Shown: in pieces, positions 61,250 to 64,000 of the stretch
Layout: each line of letters begins with the position of its first letter
Position numbering within the stretch: the first letter of the stretch is position 1
Source: Gracilinanus agilis
Taxonomy: Eukaryota
Assembly (NCBI RefSeq): GCF_016433145.1
Contig: NC_058135.1
Span: 240,210,021 to 240,274,020 of the forward strand
DNA length: 64,000 nucleotides
Direction of reading: 5' to 3'
Made by a program: the position numbers and the translations under genes
The notes under the pieces: model-generated
Database searches by the model: none
What the model was told of the DNA's origin: nothing
What the model saw: only the letters and a program-made list of their open reading frames with translations

Positions 61250-61699
61250 TACCTTCTCTAGAGATCATTTTACAGATGAACAACCTGAGGCAAATAGGTT
61301 AAATGCCTTGCCCAGGGTCACACATCTAGTCAGCTAGTAAGCTTCTGAGGTCACATTTGAACTTAGATATTTCTGACTCCAGGATGGGCACTCCATCTGC
61401 TGTACCACCATATATAAAGACAAAAAGTGAAACAGTGTTGACTCCTAAGGATCTTATATTCTATCAAGGGATCATAACTATAGGCGTGGAAAAGGATTCG
61501 GAGACTATCTAGGCTCATCTTCTCATTTTGCAAGTGAGGAAATTAAGCCTTATAGAGGTTAAGTGATTTGTCCAAGGCCATAAATGTGGGAAGAATCAGA
61601 GACAGGATGAGCCAGGATATTATTCTATTCTATTCCATCCATTCTTTCCAGGTTGGTTTTGTTCTATTCTTTTATGCTATGATTCTACAGAGTAGGTGT

Positions 61700-62200
61700 C
61701 CATCAATTAGGAAATGACTAAACAAATTGTATATGTAATGAAATATTACTGTCCTGTAAGAAACAACAAATTGAATGAAAATAGAGAAGCATGGGAAGAC
61801 TTACTTGAACAGATTCAGAGTGAGTAAACTGAGATAAGAAACCTTTATATACAATAACAACAACAATGTGATTAGAAAGAATAACAACCACAAAATGTTT
61901 GAAAGTGAACATAGTAAGGAAGGGATTTGGGGGAAAGTGGATAGAATAAGAATTAAGGAAAAAAAAGAAAGAAAGTTTATCAGAATTACGAAGGACAAGC
62001 ATGACCCCATATAAGAGGGGAGATCTACGGTGAAGGAATACTGAATATAATTCAGATTTTCTTATGTATTGGCTGATTTTTCTGGGAGTTTTTTCTCTTT
62101 TCTCTCTTTTTGTCTTAAAAATGATTTACTTTATGGGATAGTTCTTTAATAGAAAAGAGAAAGAATCAAACTGGGAAAATTTTAGGCACAAGATATCAAT
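61700..62200 (+). mobile_element. Old L1 ORF2 end and 3'UTR relic
   Basis: 'gactaaacaaattgtatatgtaatgaaatattactgtcctgtaagaaac...catgggaagacttacttgaacagattcagagtga'. Confidence 0.72.
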
Positions 62201-64000
62201 AATTTTTTGAAACTGCTATGATTCTGTTTGAGGGTGCCCCGATGAGCCAACATGAGTATTCTGAGACATTTAGCAGGTCTAATACCTCCAGTGGTCATGA
62301 ATCCATCAAGCTATCATGGATTGAGAACAACAACACCCCTTCAACTCATTCAATTTGCTTTACACAACACAATCAGAACAAAGGAAGGAACTGAACTAGA
62401 CAGTCACTTCTGGTTCCTGTCATCTCTCAGATTCCTTGAGTCTCAAATTACATTCCCAGATGACAACTTTGCCTTAAACCAAGATTCCTTTCCAATATTT
62501 CCTCAGATGGATTTTCCAGGGTGACCATGTTTCAAAGAAAGAAGGCCATTCTCCCCTGAGTGGAAAAGACCTAGCTAACCCCACTGAGAAATAAAAGAAT
62601 AATTTGGGGATGGTCAAACCTTCAAGAAAACTAGAACCAGAGAGTGGTAAACTCTTGTTCAAAAGACCAACATAAGAATTGAAAAAAAGGCTTGGGGAGG
62701 GCTGGAAGACCCTAACTTGGCAGATGAACAGTGATTTTTCCCCTAAGAGCACAAGAGTAATTTCGTTCCTCCTCACTGCCCTCAGCTGCCCTCTGGGAGA
62801 CTGCCCACATTCACACCACATGCTTTCTACCATCCCCCTCCCCCAGAGAGAAGACATTGTTAACTAACCAGCCCCTGTTCTCAGAGCGAAGACTCTCTCA
62901 GCAGTGTCCTTCTAAAGAGTGATCCTTTTAAGTTTCACATTCTGCTGCGCTGCAATTGCTAGCTGTCGGATGCCCAAGGTTGCCTGCCATGTCCCTTATT
63001 TCAAGTCCTCGAATGTGGTCCAGAAATCCATTTAACTTCTAGCAAACGTATTAGCACAGCCTTGATGGAGCACTGGAGAATTCTGCCACACAATGCAGAA
63101 GACGGTTTCCAGCTCTTGCTGTCTGATACTTTTATAATTATAAATTGATTGCCACTCTCTCTCTCGCCATTACTGGGCACAGCTCAGCACTTAATAACTA
63201 CAAAGGGATTTTGCCTGTTACATGCCAGCAGAATCAATCTCCTATTTAGCGATCCTTCCTCCCCTTTGGCCCCCATCTCTCTGGTCCACACCACCCGATA
63301 CTGCTACCTCCTCCCAGTCTCAAACAAAAACCAGGGACCAGGCTCCCCAGAATCAGGATCTAGTCAACATCACCAACAACTGGTGCTTCTTATTCCATTT
63401 CATTTTTTTTCCTAAGAAGACCCAGAAGGTGGAGAGATAGAGGCTACCTGAAACAACCACTGGGAGTCATCTGCTATAGAAAATCTCCATTTGGGGCAGG
63501 GGGTAAAGGAGGGGTTTGAAAGACTTCCCCACTTCCCCTGCATCCTCCATCCATATCATATACTTTCTTAGTCTTTTCCTTCCCATCCTCTCTCACCACT
63601 GTCTTCCCCAGATGTCAGAGTTCTGTCTGATTTGCCATCTTTAGTCCTTTGTCTTCTTGAAAACTTGACTGTTTTTTATAGAAAGGAGGCATTGGCTATG
63701 AGGGCAGGGGAAGACCAGAGGTGACTTGGGATGTGGAAGAATGACAAGAGGTATGAAGCACTGGCACGCACCCCAGGGGATGTTAGGGGATATGAAGCAG
63801 CGACTTGAAACACAGAAGGATCCTAGGAGCTATCAGGAGCAGGCAGGGCAAGAATGCATCAGAAGCCCACCACAGGGCTGGGATCCTAGAAGTATATTCA
63901 TAATCAAAACAACTCATTTCTATGGAACACTTGATGGACACAAAGTTTGCTTTATAATGATTTTATTTGATCCTTATTACATTCCTGTGAGACGGGTAGC

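Noticed and set aside
62241-62393. 50-aa ORF MSQHEYSETFSRSNTSSGHESIKLSW...
   Set aside because: No recognisable homology, Kozak context or splice support; the length is within chance.
62965-62997. p53/p63 response element (AAGGTTGCCTGCCATGTCCC)
   Set aside because: The first half-site lacks CWWG, and the spacing of the second is off by one.

Overview
This 64 kb window is repeat-dense, CpG-poor, non-coding marsupial DNA. It is most likely a didelphid (opossum), because several SINEs match the SINE1_Mdo pattern and MAR1, L1, L2, CR1/L3 and RTE-related SINEs are also present. I could not recognise any host protein-coding gene. The ORF-track entries are microsatellite artefacts, chance ORFs or decayed transposon ORFs. 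Well-supported features: (1) eight fairly young hAT/Charlie MITEs from four TIR families, with TA-centred 8-bp target sites, five of them with 7/8 or 8/8 TSD matches; (2) a solo LTR with an ATAG TSD nested in an L1, plus two weaker LTR candidates; (3) several L1, L2 and CR1 relics; (4) a Tc2/pogo (POGK-related, DD35D) transposon relic; (5) a 131-N gap with an adjacent 375-bp false duplication. The leading leads are a MITE family carrying a near-consensus CTCF motif, a ~115-bp locally templated insertion inside a SINE, a deletion abutting a MITE end that looks transposase-made, and a few orphan exon and enhancer candidates. Family names are from recall and need RepeatMasker/Dfam confirmation. 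No new biological system is demonstrated; all findings are hypotheses.
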